Positions 12,872-25,178 of a stretch of 64,000 nucleotides of DNA are shown here, one piece after another (position 1 is the stretch's first letter; each line of letters starts with the position of its first letter). The translations under genes were made by a program, and so were the position numbers. Under the pieces are notes generated by a model. The model was not told the DNA's origin and made no database searches. It worked only from the letters and a program-made list of their open reading frames with translations. The DNA comes from Octopus vulgaris (lineage: Eukaryota), in assembly GCA_951406725.2 (NCBI GenBank), contig OX597836.1, positions 22,382,001-22,446,000 on the forward strand. The letters run 5' to 3'.

Positions 12872-13694
12872 ACTGTTATCTCCCAAGCTATAATCTAGTT
12901 TATTATTATAATCAAAAGGATTCTACAAATGACCATCCATCATTAATTTCTTTTCCAGAACAGTGTATCAAGGACAACACAATCTAAAGACATTCTTCTT
13001 TTTTTATTTACCTTTAGTGGTAGGGTTTCATACAATGATGATTTCACTCCTATTTCTGGCTGACTGTTCAAACATGTAGAGGCCCTTCTTTCATGATTTT
13101 GAGAGAGAAAGAAAGATAACTGCGTGTGTGTGAGCACGCGCATGCATCAAGTGAGTTTATGTGCAGCAAGGTAAAAAGAGTTTGGTGGAGAAACAGTCGG
13201 CATAAAGTCAACAGCTTGAGAGAGAGAGAGAGAGAGAGAGAAAGAGTCTGTCATACTTGTGTGTCTCTAGATTATTAGTACCATCTGTTTACCAATCTGT
13301 TTCATATACCTATGAGTGTGTGTGTGTATATTTATATATTTATGTATATATATAGACATGCATTCATATATACATATAAAAGCATCTTACTCCATGCTGT
13401 TATCTCTTAAATTTACATATCTCTCTCTTCCTCTCTCTCTATATATATACAGCCATAACAACAATGGTGAGGAGGGAGGAAGGGGACACATGCTTTTTCT
13501 ATGTACAATTATGGCAGGTTAAATGACAGAATTGGCACCAGAACCATGCGACAAAAATATCTTTGAGGTATTTGGTTACATAGTTAACACGTTCTTTTAC
13601 AGTTGTTCTCAAGTTCAAATCTAGCCTCTGCCCACTGAACTTATCGTCCTTCCAAGGTCCTTCAATCATTGTTTTCTCTTGTATAGAACTATAT

Positions 13695-13890
13695 ATTCTA
13701 TATAGAGACGCCATGATAGATCGTTAGCTACTACACACATTTTTTTTCTCTCCTTGTTTTTTTCTGTGTATCTTTCTGTCGAAGAGCTTAGGCTCGAAAC
13801 GTAAAAGACTTTTTCTATTCCTGAGTGCTATACTAATACATCTGTTTGTTTGTACACCACCTGCCTTCATAAACTTTCCCTTTATATATT
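13695..13890 (+). mobile_element. Penelope-like pLTR-derived fragment
   Basis: TA-rich flanks and a minimal hammerhead-like motif at 13771-13808. Confidence 0.55.
13771..13808 (+). ncRNA. Minimal type I hammerhead-ribozyme-like motif (A6U variant)
   Basis: TCTTT-CTGTCGA-A-GAGC(TTAG)GCTC-GAAA-CG-TA-AAAGA: stem I, core, stem II, GAAA, palindromic CG as stem III, and a UH site. Confidence 0.6.
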
Positions 13891-13998
13891 CTATATGTTT
13901 TGTAAGATGATACATTAAGGAGCTTTATGAGTACTGGTAGATTACTTAAATCTATATATTGTGACTTAAATAGCTTATATATATATATATATATAATA

Positions 13999-14340
13999 TT
14001 TTTTATCTTCTAGTTTCAGCTCACGAGCTGTGGCCATGCTGGGGCACTGCCATTTGGTGTTGCTACGTAATTTTATTTCACAAATGCTTTTTAGCAATTG
14101 ACATTTGGTGCATGGGAGAGTTTGATGCAGCTGCCCTCATATGCACCTCCTGCCGCAAAGTTGGTTCATCCAGGATACCTGACAGGAAGAGGTCCAGCTT
14201 TATTTTGAAGACACCTACATCCACTCCATGCAGGTCTCTCAGGTCATTCGGGAGGATATTGAAGAGCTGTGGACCTCTGAAGTCCAGGCTATTGCAGTAT
14301 CTTGTCCTACATCTTGATGGCAAATTTGGAGTCCTTGGCT
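13999..14340 (-). mobile_element. CR1/L2-type LINE 3' fragment
   Basis: RTRYCNSLDFRGPQLFNILPNDLRDLHGVDVGVFKIKLDLFL is a typical CR1-group ORF2 C-terminus. It is followed by a 3' UTR ending GGCAGTGCCCCAGCATGGCCACAGCTCGTGAGCTGAAACTAGAAG. Confidence 0.85.
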
Positions 14341-15602
14341 CTGTGTGCATGTGTATATATGAGTACATGTGTATGTGTGTTTACAGGTGTCTATGTCAAA
14401 GTTTAAGACAGCAGTTCATCAAACAAAGATCAATAAAATATGCATCAGCTGGAAACGCAAAGTGAATGTGATGGTGGTGGTGGTGGTGTGATGTGATAGA
14501 GAGTCAATACAATAAGCAGCAAACACTTCGAGGCATTGTTCCAGCATGGCCACAGCCCACTGGCTGAAATCACTAAAAGAAGTGTGTATGTGTATGTAAG
14601 ACTCCATATAGTAATAATATCCATGATGAAGAAGAATAAAATCTCCAAAACAAAAAAGCTATTCTCTTTCTGCAACTCATAAAAATGTTCAGATCTATCA
14701 AACCCAAAACTCAGAGAAAAGAAAAAAGAAAAACCAAAAATATGGTTGAAAATTAACAATAAAAAAAACTGAAGTGACTAAAACAAATAAAATACTAAAA
14801 GTGTTCTTTGAAACTATAGTGTAGTTACAGAAGATAAACAGAAGCTAGTATATTTTAAAAATAACATTCCATATATACATATATATATACACCATCAACA
14901 TCATCATCATTATGATTATTATTGTGATTATTATTATGATTATTATTATTATTATTATCATTATTATTATTATTATTATTATTATTTAACGCTTGTTTTC
15001 CAAGCTAGCATGGGTTGGATGGCTTGACGGGAGATGGTAAACCAGAGAACTGCCCTAAGCTCCAGTGTCTGTTTTGCCTTGGGTTTCTTAGCTGGATGCT
15101 CTTCTTAATGCCAACCACTTCACACAGTGGACTGAATGGTTTTTTCAGAAGACACCAGCACTAGCAAGATCTGTTTGGCATAGATTTTCACCGAGTGCTT
15201 TCTACATGGCATCCACACCAATGAGGCCTGTATTATACATACACACAAACATGCATACATACATGGTGCAATAGAAAAGCTCTTCATATTTTACATGGTC
15301 ACTGGTGTGGTACCAGTGAATATAGGTTGGTAGTAATGGAAACTTCTTGCTGCTAATATTTTACCATTTTAGTTTTTTTTTGTCATTTTACAGTTTCTCT
15401 CACAGTTTGAACTAGCGCACACCACGCAGTTGCTACTGAAATGTTTACCAAGTTGAATCTGAGGGGAATTTTTTACCTCACTTTGGAGATATGAGAGAGA
15501 GAGAGAAACAGAGAATGTGAAGAGAATATAGTGTGTGAAGGAAACAATAAGAAAACACATTGTAAAAAAAAAAAAACGTGGGGAGCATTAACAAAAATAA
15601 AC

Positions 15603-15652
<50 letters not shown>

Positions 15653-15861
15653 CAACAATGATATAATCGACAGAATATTTGCAATGGTACTTGCTATATT
15701 GATCAAATATTGTCTTTCTCATAAAAATAACCAAATTCCATGTTAACTTAAAACTGAAATTGTTAATCAATAGAGCTTGGAAATCTGGAACGGTCTTTGT
15801 TCTCATCAAAGCGTGGAGGGGAGGGGAATGAATAAATAAATAAATTCTGAATTTCATTTAT

Positions 15862-15901
<40 letters not shown>

Positions 15902-16664
15902 TGGCATTTTTATCCTTTCTAAATTTTTTCTGCTTTTTTTTTTTTTTTTGGTCTTTCCTTCTAAAGCTTGCCATTCTATTTATTTATTTTTTGTTATTTC
16001 TAAGATTATTTCTTACAAATCTTTGTTAGCTTTTTTCAATATGTACATGTATATACACACACACAAAGTGAAACTGAACTAACACAACAAATGACTGATT
16101 ATATAAACCGAGTGAAATTTGAGCCATTTCAAAAATGGTATTTTGCTTTCCGTTTTGAAAAAATGTAACAAATGAAATAAAAATAAAATACAAAAACAAT
16201 AAACAAAATAAATAAAAAGATACCTGCCCTTTCCATATCTCTCTTCTCATTTTCTCTATTATACCCCAACCCTTCTGTCTCTGTGTTGCTGGTGCATCAA
16301 AACTTGCTCTGTTTGATGTCACAAAATTCAAATTATGGCAAGAAAGCTTTGCAATTGTTATAATCTAAAAGTAATAAACAGGGGAAATGTCACACGCGCA
16401 CACATATTTGATGTTTATGGCTTATTAACACACAAGAAGTGTTCTTGATGATACACTCATACACAGATACAGGCTGCTTACAGTATCAAAGTATTACAAG
16501 GACTTTATATAAAAGACACCTAAACTCCAAGTTTCATTTCAGCTTGCCTCTGATCTTTGGTGGTCAGTCAATAATTACTAATTATGGGTAATTATTCGAT
16601 AAACTCAAGTTATGGGTGGGTTTTTGATGAATTTGAACATACTGAATATTCACTAAATGTGTAC

Positions 16665-17060
16665 AGGTGTAGACATGGCTATGTGATAAGAAGCTTGCTT
16701 CTCAGACACATGGCTCTGGGTTCAGTCCCACTGTGTAGAACCTAGGGTAAGTGTCTTCTGATATAGCCTCAGGTCACCCAAAGCCTGTGAGCGGATTTGG
16801 TTGATGGAAACAAAAAGAAGCCCATTGTGTGTGTGTGTGTGTGTGTTCATATATGTGTTTGTTCCCCACAACTGCTTGACAACTGGTGTTGGTGTGTTTA
16901 CATCTCCATGACTTAGCAGTTCGGCAAAATGTTTTGATAGAATAAGCACTAGGCTTAACAAAAAAAAAAGTACCAGAGTTGGTTCATTCAACTATAAATT
17001 CTTCAAGACAGTGCTCCAGCATGGCTTCAGTCTAATGATTGAAACAAGTATAAGATAAAA
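16665..17060 (+). mobile_element. SINE family B
   Basis: Complete head, core, (TG)n and tail. Other full or partial copies lie at about 10275-10520, 11025-11190, 19272-19560, 22928-23090, 28310-28570, 31410-31570, 49085-49590, 49785-50150 and 51535-51692. Confidence 0.85.
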
Positions 17061-17545
17061 GACATGCAGTGAGATGGATGGGAAAAATCTGGGGTATAGG
17101 TACAAAACACTTGTTACCAAACACAAAAACAATTGGACAGCCAGCCATCACTCACAAGGGTGAGAGTGGCTTGGTAACATGTACCATGCTTTCTTATAAC
17201 AATTGTATTAAGTGCCTGTGTAGTCATAAGTAAATACAAGCACCTTCTAGACTATCCCACCCTTTGATCCAGTCACACATCCAGGATGTGACAAGGGGGC
17301 TGCAGCAGCACCCAGATGGTAGAAATGAAGTACCTTGCTCAAGGACACAATGCATTGCCCAATCCACTCACATGTATAAAGCACATCATCAACATCATCA
17401 TTTAACGCTTGTCTTCCAAGTTGACATGCATCTGACAGTTTGTCAGGGTCTGACGTATTGGGAGGGCTGCATCATGTACCAAGGTTTCTACAGCTGGATG
17501 TGGAATGTGCACACAGTACACACCGTAAAGCAGTTTGTACTACAA

Positions 17546-17780
17546 GGGGCGGCGAGCTGGCAGAAACGTTAGCATGCCGGGTGAAATGCGTAGCCGTATT
17601 TCGTCTGCCATTACATTCTGAGTTCAAATTCCACCAAGGTCGACTTTGCCTTTCATCCTTTCGGGGTCGATTAAATAAGTACCAGTTATGCACTGGGGAC
17701 GATGTAATCGATTTAATCCGTTTGTCTGTCCTTGTTTGTCCCCTCTATGTTTAGCCCCTTGTGGGCAATAAAGAAATAAG
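17546..17780 (+). mobile_element. Full-length SINE A
   Basis: Co-linear with the copy at 21503-21736. Confidence 0.9.
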
Positions 17781-18245
17781 GGGCAACCAGCCATAGAAAC
17801 CATCCAAAAGACATTGTAGTATGATGCGATATACAGTCCTCCAACTTGTTACATTTTGTCCAAATGTCCAAACCCCGACCCTGAGAATATGGTGAACAGA
17901 CATTATATGATGATTTGGGTTTTTCTTTTTGCTTTTTTTTTTTTTTGGTGGTGTTGGTGATGAGAGGAGAGAAAGGGTACAAGAGAGATTTAATGCTGTT
18001 ATTCTTCAATGTATTCCATACTTCCCCTGGTCCTTGATAATAATCTATAACCATCCTGCTCCTGCCTCTTCACCCCAGAAAACAAAAATGGAAGCATCAG
18101 TACTTATTTCCAGTCGAGCTGGAATATCACTTGGCCTCCTGTCTTAATAAGGTTATAGAGGCATGACCCCGTAACCTTTGTTCTTATTCAAGCATTCCCA
18201 TAATTAATTCTTCAACCATTCCACAACATATCCGTGCAGCCCCCT

Positions 18246-18299
<54 letters not shown>

Positions 18300-18784
18300 T
18301 GTGTGTCTGTGTGTGTGCACTTACAAAAACAGAACCCAGCACTTATATAGCCTATCTTTTCAGTTACTGCAATAATAAACTTGGATAATAATATACCAAG
18401 CCAAGAACTAACTATCCATATCTTAAATTATACTTTCTGTTTGTGTTGAGCTTAAAAAATTATTTATCTAGAAGATATGAAGGTAAAAAAACATAACATG
18501 TATATGCTTTTTCTTCACACACAAACACACACAGACACACACAACACTCAAGTACACCTAGTGCTCACGAAACTGTTGCTGTGATGTTTTATATGCATGC
18601 ATATATATAGAGGCACATACACACACATACACTCATACATGTGTGTTTACAAATATAGACACATACACTGACACACAAAATTAACTGTTGAGATTTAATT
18701 TCCATGTAGTAACAGCGTTATTTATAAACCATGATGAAAATATTCATGGATATACTGTAAACAATACAAAGAAATACATGTGTG

Positions 18785-18842
<58 letters not shown>

Positions 18843-19564
18843 GTAAATGAAGCAGCGTTTAACAACATTTTAGATGTAGCTTTATTTATGAGTGTGGTGT
18901 GTTCAGGTATGGGCTATGTGTTGGGGCGGTTGAGCTGTGCACTGGGGATAGGCAAGGGTTGTGTGTTAAGGGTTGGCGTTATGTTTGGGGTAGGGGATTG
19001 CTTGTTGGAGTGGGCAAACTTTTAGGGGAGTAGGGAATAATGTGTTGGGGTAGGATTGTGAGTTGAAGGGGGAGTTATGTATTAGGGAATTATATATTCG
19101 GGGAATTATGTATTAGGGTGGGTTGAGGGTAAACAGATTTTCTTTTAAAACATGTAACCAAAGATCTGGCTACACTCCACACCAACTACACCATTTTCAA
19201 TTATTTCCTAAATTAGCCATTTATGTTTTGTTTGGAACCATAAATATATCCCGGATTCCTTTAATGTTCCCTGTGTAATAAGAAGCTTGTTTCCCAACCA
19301 CATGGTTCTGGGTTCAGTCCCATTGCTTGGCACCTTGGGCAAACGTCTTCTACTATAGCCTCAGGCTGACGCGAGCCTTGTGTGTGGATTTGGTAGATGG
19401 AAACTGAAAGAAGCTTATTGCATACATATATCTATATATCTACATGTGCGTCTTTGTATCTATGTTTGTCCGCTGCCATCACTTGACAACCGGTGTTGTA
19501 GTGTTTACAACCTCGTAACTTAGTAGTTCAGCAAAACAGACTGATGGAATAAGGGCCAAACAGG

Positions 19565-19745
19565 TTTAAATAATCCAGAATCTTTGTCCGGTACCAGATT
19601 GATCCCAAAATCTAACCAGTTCATGCCAGTGATGAGGCCAAACAACTCTAAAAGTTTCATCTGAATCCATTCCACGGTTCTTGAAATATCTATGGACAAA
19701 CATGACTGAAAACAATACCTCTGCCTTCGCTAAGGTGGATGTAAT
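19565..19745. mobile_element. Helentron/HINE-like non-autonomous element
   Basis: Terminal palindrome TACCTCTGCCTT-CGCT-AAGGTGGATGTA and internal AAGTTTCAT..GAATCC..CGGTTCTTGA motif typical of DINE/HINE-like repeats. Confidence 0.5.
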
Positions 19746-19902
19746 AATAATCCTTTCTACTATAGGCATGAGGCCTGAAATTTTAAGGAAGGGGGATATT
19801 TGATTACATTAACCCCAGTACTCAATGGGTACTTGGTTTATTGACCCTGAAAGGAATTCAGAGTAGAAAGATGTACAAAATGTTGCAGTTCTGCCAGTAC
19901 AA

Positions 19903-19935
<33 letters not shown>

Positions 19936-20649
19936 GGTTTCAAATTTTGTGGCCATTTATTGGGGGTGGGGGTGGACTACAATACGCAACTGGTACTTAA
20001 TCTATCGACCCCAAAAGGATGAAATGCAAAGACGACCTTGGCAGAATTTGAACTTAGATCGCAGTGGCAGACAAAATACCACCAAGCATTTCACCTGGCA
20101 TTCTAACGATTCTGCCAACTCTCTGCCTTATCATCATCATAATAATAATAATAATGAAACTAGAAGATTATCTGTGTTGGCAGCGGCATCATCATCATCA
20201 GAAAAACCTTTAACATTCAGATCTCATTGCTTCAGGATTTTAATGACATGATTGTTTATTATTAGAACGCTATTGTAGGGTTTGTGTGAAAGGTCAGATC
20301 TGGTCAGCTTGAACATAATGCAGGTAGAATATTTGGGCCTGATATGGCCAGTTTAAATGCTAAAGGGTTAATTACATGGTCTTGGAAGGACTTTCTGGAG
20401 TCATTACTTTATTTGACCAATCACCTGTGGTTTTTGAATTGTCTGCTCAATCTCCTGTGATGTGTTGGTGGCCACTGACATCAGAAGAACCAAAACAAAC
20501 CCTGATGTCAAAACCACTTGACACTGGATGATCCTGAGCAGTTTCATCTCTTTCAGATCACACCTTTATCAGTAGTTGTAAGGTTCATACATTATGGCAT
20601 TGTTACTAAAACATGAAATTAATGAATGTAGATTACAATTACATATACT

Positions 20650-20859
20650 CTCTCTTTACTCTTTTACTTGTTTCAGACATTTGACTGCGGTCATGCTGGA
20701 GCACTCTTGTAGTCGAGCAAATTGGTACCCAGGACTTATTCTTTGTAAGCCTAGTACTTATTCTATCAATCTCTTTTGCCGAAGCGCTAAGTTATGGGGA
20801 CGTAAACACACCACCACTGGTTGTCAGGTGATGTTGGGGGGTCAAACACAGACGCACAA

Positions 20860-20908
<49 letters not shown>

Positions 20909-21095
20909 CACACACACATATATATATATATATACAACGGGCTTCTTTTAGTTTCTGTCCACCAAATCCACTCACAAGTCTTTGGTCGGCCTGAGGGTAT
21001 AGTAGAAGACACTTGCCCAGGATGTCATGCAGTAGGACTGAACCCGGAACCATGTGGTTGGTAAGCAAGCTACTTACCACACAGCCAATCCTGCA
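20650..21095 (-). mobile_element. SINE family B
   Basis: Complete copy with an internal (CA)n(TA)n tract. Confidence 0.88.
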
Positions 21096-21502
21096 TCTGT
21101 GTGTAACGTTTCTTCCAATAGTGACACATCAGCACTCTCTCTCTCTCTCTCTCTGTATGTGTGTGTGTGTGTGTGCCACTCCTACACCTAAAAATAATGA
21201 GCTGGAGAATCCAGGCATGTATGTTATAGCTAATGAAATATTTCGCATAATATAAGAGAAAGGAGTTTAAAATTGTTTGGTATGTGTCATGGTGTCCTTT
21301 TTATGTGCTTGCTCCTCCTCCTCCTCACTTTAGAACCGGACCACACTACTGGAGAAAACAGTGGTCAATATGATTCTGATTATACAAACTATCAGGATGG
21401 TGATAGATGCAATGTCTTGGACTCTATGTCAGCTCCATCACAGTCAAACTGCATGTCTATTGATTGCTCACATATACACAAAGCATCAGATTTGGGTGTA
21501 TT

Positions 21503-21736
21503 TAAGGCAGCGAGCTGGCAGAAACGTTAGCACATCGGGCGAAATGCTTAGCGGTATTTCGTCTGGTGCTATGTTCTGAGTTCAAATTCCGCCGAGGTCG
21601 ACTTTGCCTTTCAGCCTTTCGGGGTCGATAAATAAAATACCAGTTACGCACTGGGGTCAATATAATTGACTTAATCCCTTTGTCTGTCCTTGTTCGTCCC
21701 CTCTATGTTTAGCCCCTTGTGGGCAATAAAGAAATA
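21503..21736 (+). mobile_element. Full-length SINE A with perfect 15-bp TSD
   Basis: TSD AGATTTGGGTGTATT at 21488-21502 and 21737-21751. Confidence 0.95.
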
Positions 21737-22461
21737 AGATTTGGGTGTATTGATAATTATACTGACCCAGTATTTGATTTTGGTATTTCCTTTTATCAAC
21801 AACCTCACCCTTCTCCAGAAGGATGAGCTTGTTGATAAAATCACACCACATTGTTGTGAAAAAGGAAAAAGAAAAAATGATAGAGCATTTTGGACTAAAA
21901 ATGCAAAATGAGACAGGATGGGCCAGGCTGGAACATCATTGATTAATGTGTCGCTCAACTAGTGACAAACTGAGGACTAAACAACAACAGTATGAACAAG
22001 ACACAAATCACAGCCTGACTATTTCCCCGGTGGCTCAAATAAAAGGTGATATCGATGGTGAGCTATTTTTAAGAGGACTAGTTTGAACCTGAAAGGAATG
22101 AGAAACTCATACAGCAATGTTCCCACGATTATCACCGATGACAACAACAACAACGGTGATAATAATAATAATGATGATAATAATAATAATAATAATAATG
22201 TAATGCAGTACAGCAGCAGCGGCAACAATAACAATTGCCACTGTAATGAGGTCGTTTGAACTGAAATTACTTTGATATGTTGAGGAAGGGACGGGGGGGG
22301 GGTGAAAGCTGGAGGTGCAGAGTGTTGTGATAATCAAAATGTAAAGAATAACTAAGGGACAAAAACCAAAAAAACATGAAAAGTTATTGATTCCTAATTT
22401 AGAAAGACACAAAATGGCAAATGTTTTGGGAAGGACACAGAATTTGTTGTTACAGTGTTAT

Positions 22462-22915
22462 TTAACCCTTTAGTGTTTAAACCGGCCATATCAGGCCAAA
22501 ATTGTCTTCCTGTTATATGCTCAAACCAACCAGCTCTGACCTCTCACACCTACCCTACAAAGTCATTCTAAAAATAAACAGGGACATCATCAAAATCTCA
22601 GAGTTACAAGATGCTGTACAATTAATTTAAAACAATGTGATTAAACAGGCTTTGCATTTGACAGAGTAATCTGAATGCTAAAGGGTTAAGGCTTAGCATT
22701 TAATACAGCCACATTCAGCCCAAATATTCTGCCTGTTTTATGTTAAAACTGACCAGATCCACTGACCTCTCACACCTACACTACAATGTCATTCTATAAA
22801 TATACATTCACATAATTGAAATCTTGAAGCTACAAGATAATGTGTGATTAACTGAAAACAATGTGAATAAATAAGCAATACATTTGACAGAGTAATCTTA
22901 ATGCTAAAGGGTTGA
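22462..22915. mobile_element. Two adjacent piggyBac-type MITE D copies
   Basis: TTAACCCTTTAG...CTAAAGGGTTAA (22462-22689) followed immediately by a second, more diverged copy. Confidence 0.88.
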
Positions 22916-23254
22916 CCAAGATAAGCACACATGGATGTGTGGAAAGAAGCTTGCTTCCCAAGCACATGGTTCTGAGTTCAATCCCATTGCGTAACATCTT
23001 GGGCAAATGTCTTCAACTATAACCTCAGTCCAACCAAAGCCTTGTGAGTGGATTTAGTAGACAAAAACTGAAAAAAAGCCCACAAATTGTGTGTGTATAA
23101 CAAGAGGAGGGATATAATATCCAGGCAGATAATGAATTTCTCGATGTAAAATGCCAAGGCAGGTTTCTTCAGCCAGTGTATTTTATAGTGAACTTCTTTT
23201 AACTCGCATCCAAGGTTACAGTTTATTTCTTGACTACTTAGAGTGTAAAGTGTG

Positions 23255-23510
23255 TGCAGGTGGCACGTAAAAAACACCATTTGAGCATGGCCGTTGCCAG
23301 TACCGCCTGACTGGCCCTCGTGCCAGTGGCATGTAAAAGCACCCACTTCACTCTCGGAGTGGTTGGCATTAGAAAGGGCATCCAGCTGTAGAAACTCTGC
23401 CAGATCAGATTGGAGCCTGGTGCAGCCATCTGGTTTGCCAGTCCTCAGTCAAATTGTCCATCTCATGCCAGCATGGAAAGCAGGCGTTAAATGATGATGA
23501 TGATGATGAT
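23255..23510 (+). mobile_element. RTE-type 3' tail repeat (family C)
   Basis: GGTGGCACGTAAAA..GTGGTTGGCATTAG.AAGGGCATCCAGCTGTAGAAA..CATGCCAGCATGGAAA..GTTAAA(TGA)n. Other copies lie at about 14985-15230, 23640-23735, 35220-35415, 42620-42780 and 55990-56330. Confidence 0.8.
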
Positions 23511-24091
23511 TATATATATATGAAAAATATATATGAAGGTGGCTAGACACAAAATAAAACCAAAAAGGAAAAATTCAATTGTTACTAATAGTGACTGAGG
23601 GTGCAGAAACGAATAAAATAATATATATATATATATATATCATCATCATCATCATCATTTAACGTTCGTTTTCCGCACTAGCACGGGTTGGACGGTTCGA
23701 CTGGTGTCTGGGAAGCCAGGGGCTGCACCAGGCTTCATATATATAGGCTTAAGCTTAGTTATCACTCATTAGTGAGTATGACAATAAGATATGTGCCATG
23801 TCTTACTAATAGTCATGAACTCTGTTGATTCTCCTACCTTCGTCCTAGTGGAACTTTAATGATTGTGACAGCTGGTAGGGAGAAAGCAAGAGAAGGCTGC
23901 ACCATGCTTGGCTGTTTCAACACATTTACAATTGAATAAATAAAACTAGAGCAATGTGAAAAAATGTGCATTGCCCAAGGGCATAACACACTGCCAGGCA
24001 GGAACTGAAATCAAATCCTTATGATTGTAAGCCCACCAGCCCAAGCACTTGATCATGCGCTTATGTCTGTGTTTGTAAGCATATGTGCATG

Positions 24092-24136
<45 letters not shown>

Positions 24137-24892
24137 TCACACACACAGATATATACATATACATACATATATATATATATATGTACATACATACACGCAC
24201 ATAAACATACACGATATATGTTTGATTTTCGATTGCAACCATTTATTAAATATCTACCTGGAAGGCATCAACTTAGACCAGGTACTTGTGAAAGATTATT
24301 GATTAGCTATCAATCTGATCGTGAACCAACACATGGAATCGGTATCATTACGTTAGAATTTCTATTGAAAAAAAAAAAAAAAAAAAAAAAAAGAAAAACA
24401 GGAATAACATCAGCTGCTGTTATCATCCTCCATGTACATAGAGCACATTATATATTCATTGCTGAAACCGTTTCCATTATGATGCTCCGTGCATCATGTA
24501 ACCAGCAAATTATCAGTTGCATTAGCATAAAATGTTTACTTATATTCAGAACTCTGCAGCCTCTATTGAGGGAAAAAAGACTAGATAACATGTTTGGTTT
24601 AGAGGTTATTGTTGTTTAGCATCAGGTCAGCATTAATATTTAATCAATACTCTTTGACCTATCTACCTTATGCAGCTGTAAGCACACCAATAATGATAAA
24701 AGGTGTTCTAGACAATGCAACCATCTAATCTCTTGGGATTTTTTTTTTTGTTATTTTGTTTTTTCAGATGATGCGTAGCTAGGCTTGTATTTATCTGATG
24801 TATTCTTCCTGTTATAAAATAAGAGTGCAGTGGGCTTATGTGGGAGAGTTTAGAGTTTTGATTGCTATTTCTAGCAGATTGAGCATCTACAT

Positions 24893-25143
24893 CAGTGGTT
24901 CACCTCTGAGGATCCATATAAGATTTTCAGTATTTTATGGGCCCCTGAAAAAAATTTTGCTTTAGATGTATGTATTGGTTATGTATTGCAAAAACCAGCT
25001 GGGTTTCTTTAACGTTTTACATAGTCCAACCTACACAAGTTTCTATGAAACTAGTTTTTTAACATCAAATGGCTATAGGGGTCCACCAGAATAAAAATAG
25101 TAATCAAAGGGATCCATAGATAAAAGATGGTTGAGAACCTCTG
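24893..25143. mobile_element. hAT-type MITE with 8-bp TSD
   Basis: TSD ATCTACAT at 24885-24892 and 25144-25151, with ends CAGTGGTT.. and ..GAGAACCTCTG. Confidence 0.88.
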
Positions 25144-25178
25144 ATCTACATAAAGGCCATTAGTGTTTTCAGACCTTC

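Noticed and set aside
18880-19130. G-quadruplex-like G runs
   Set aside because: Irregular loops in low-complexity GT-rich sequence give no sign of function.
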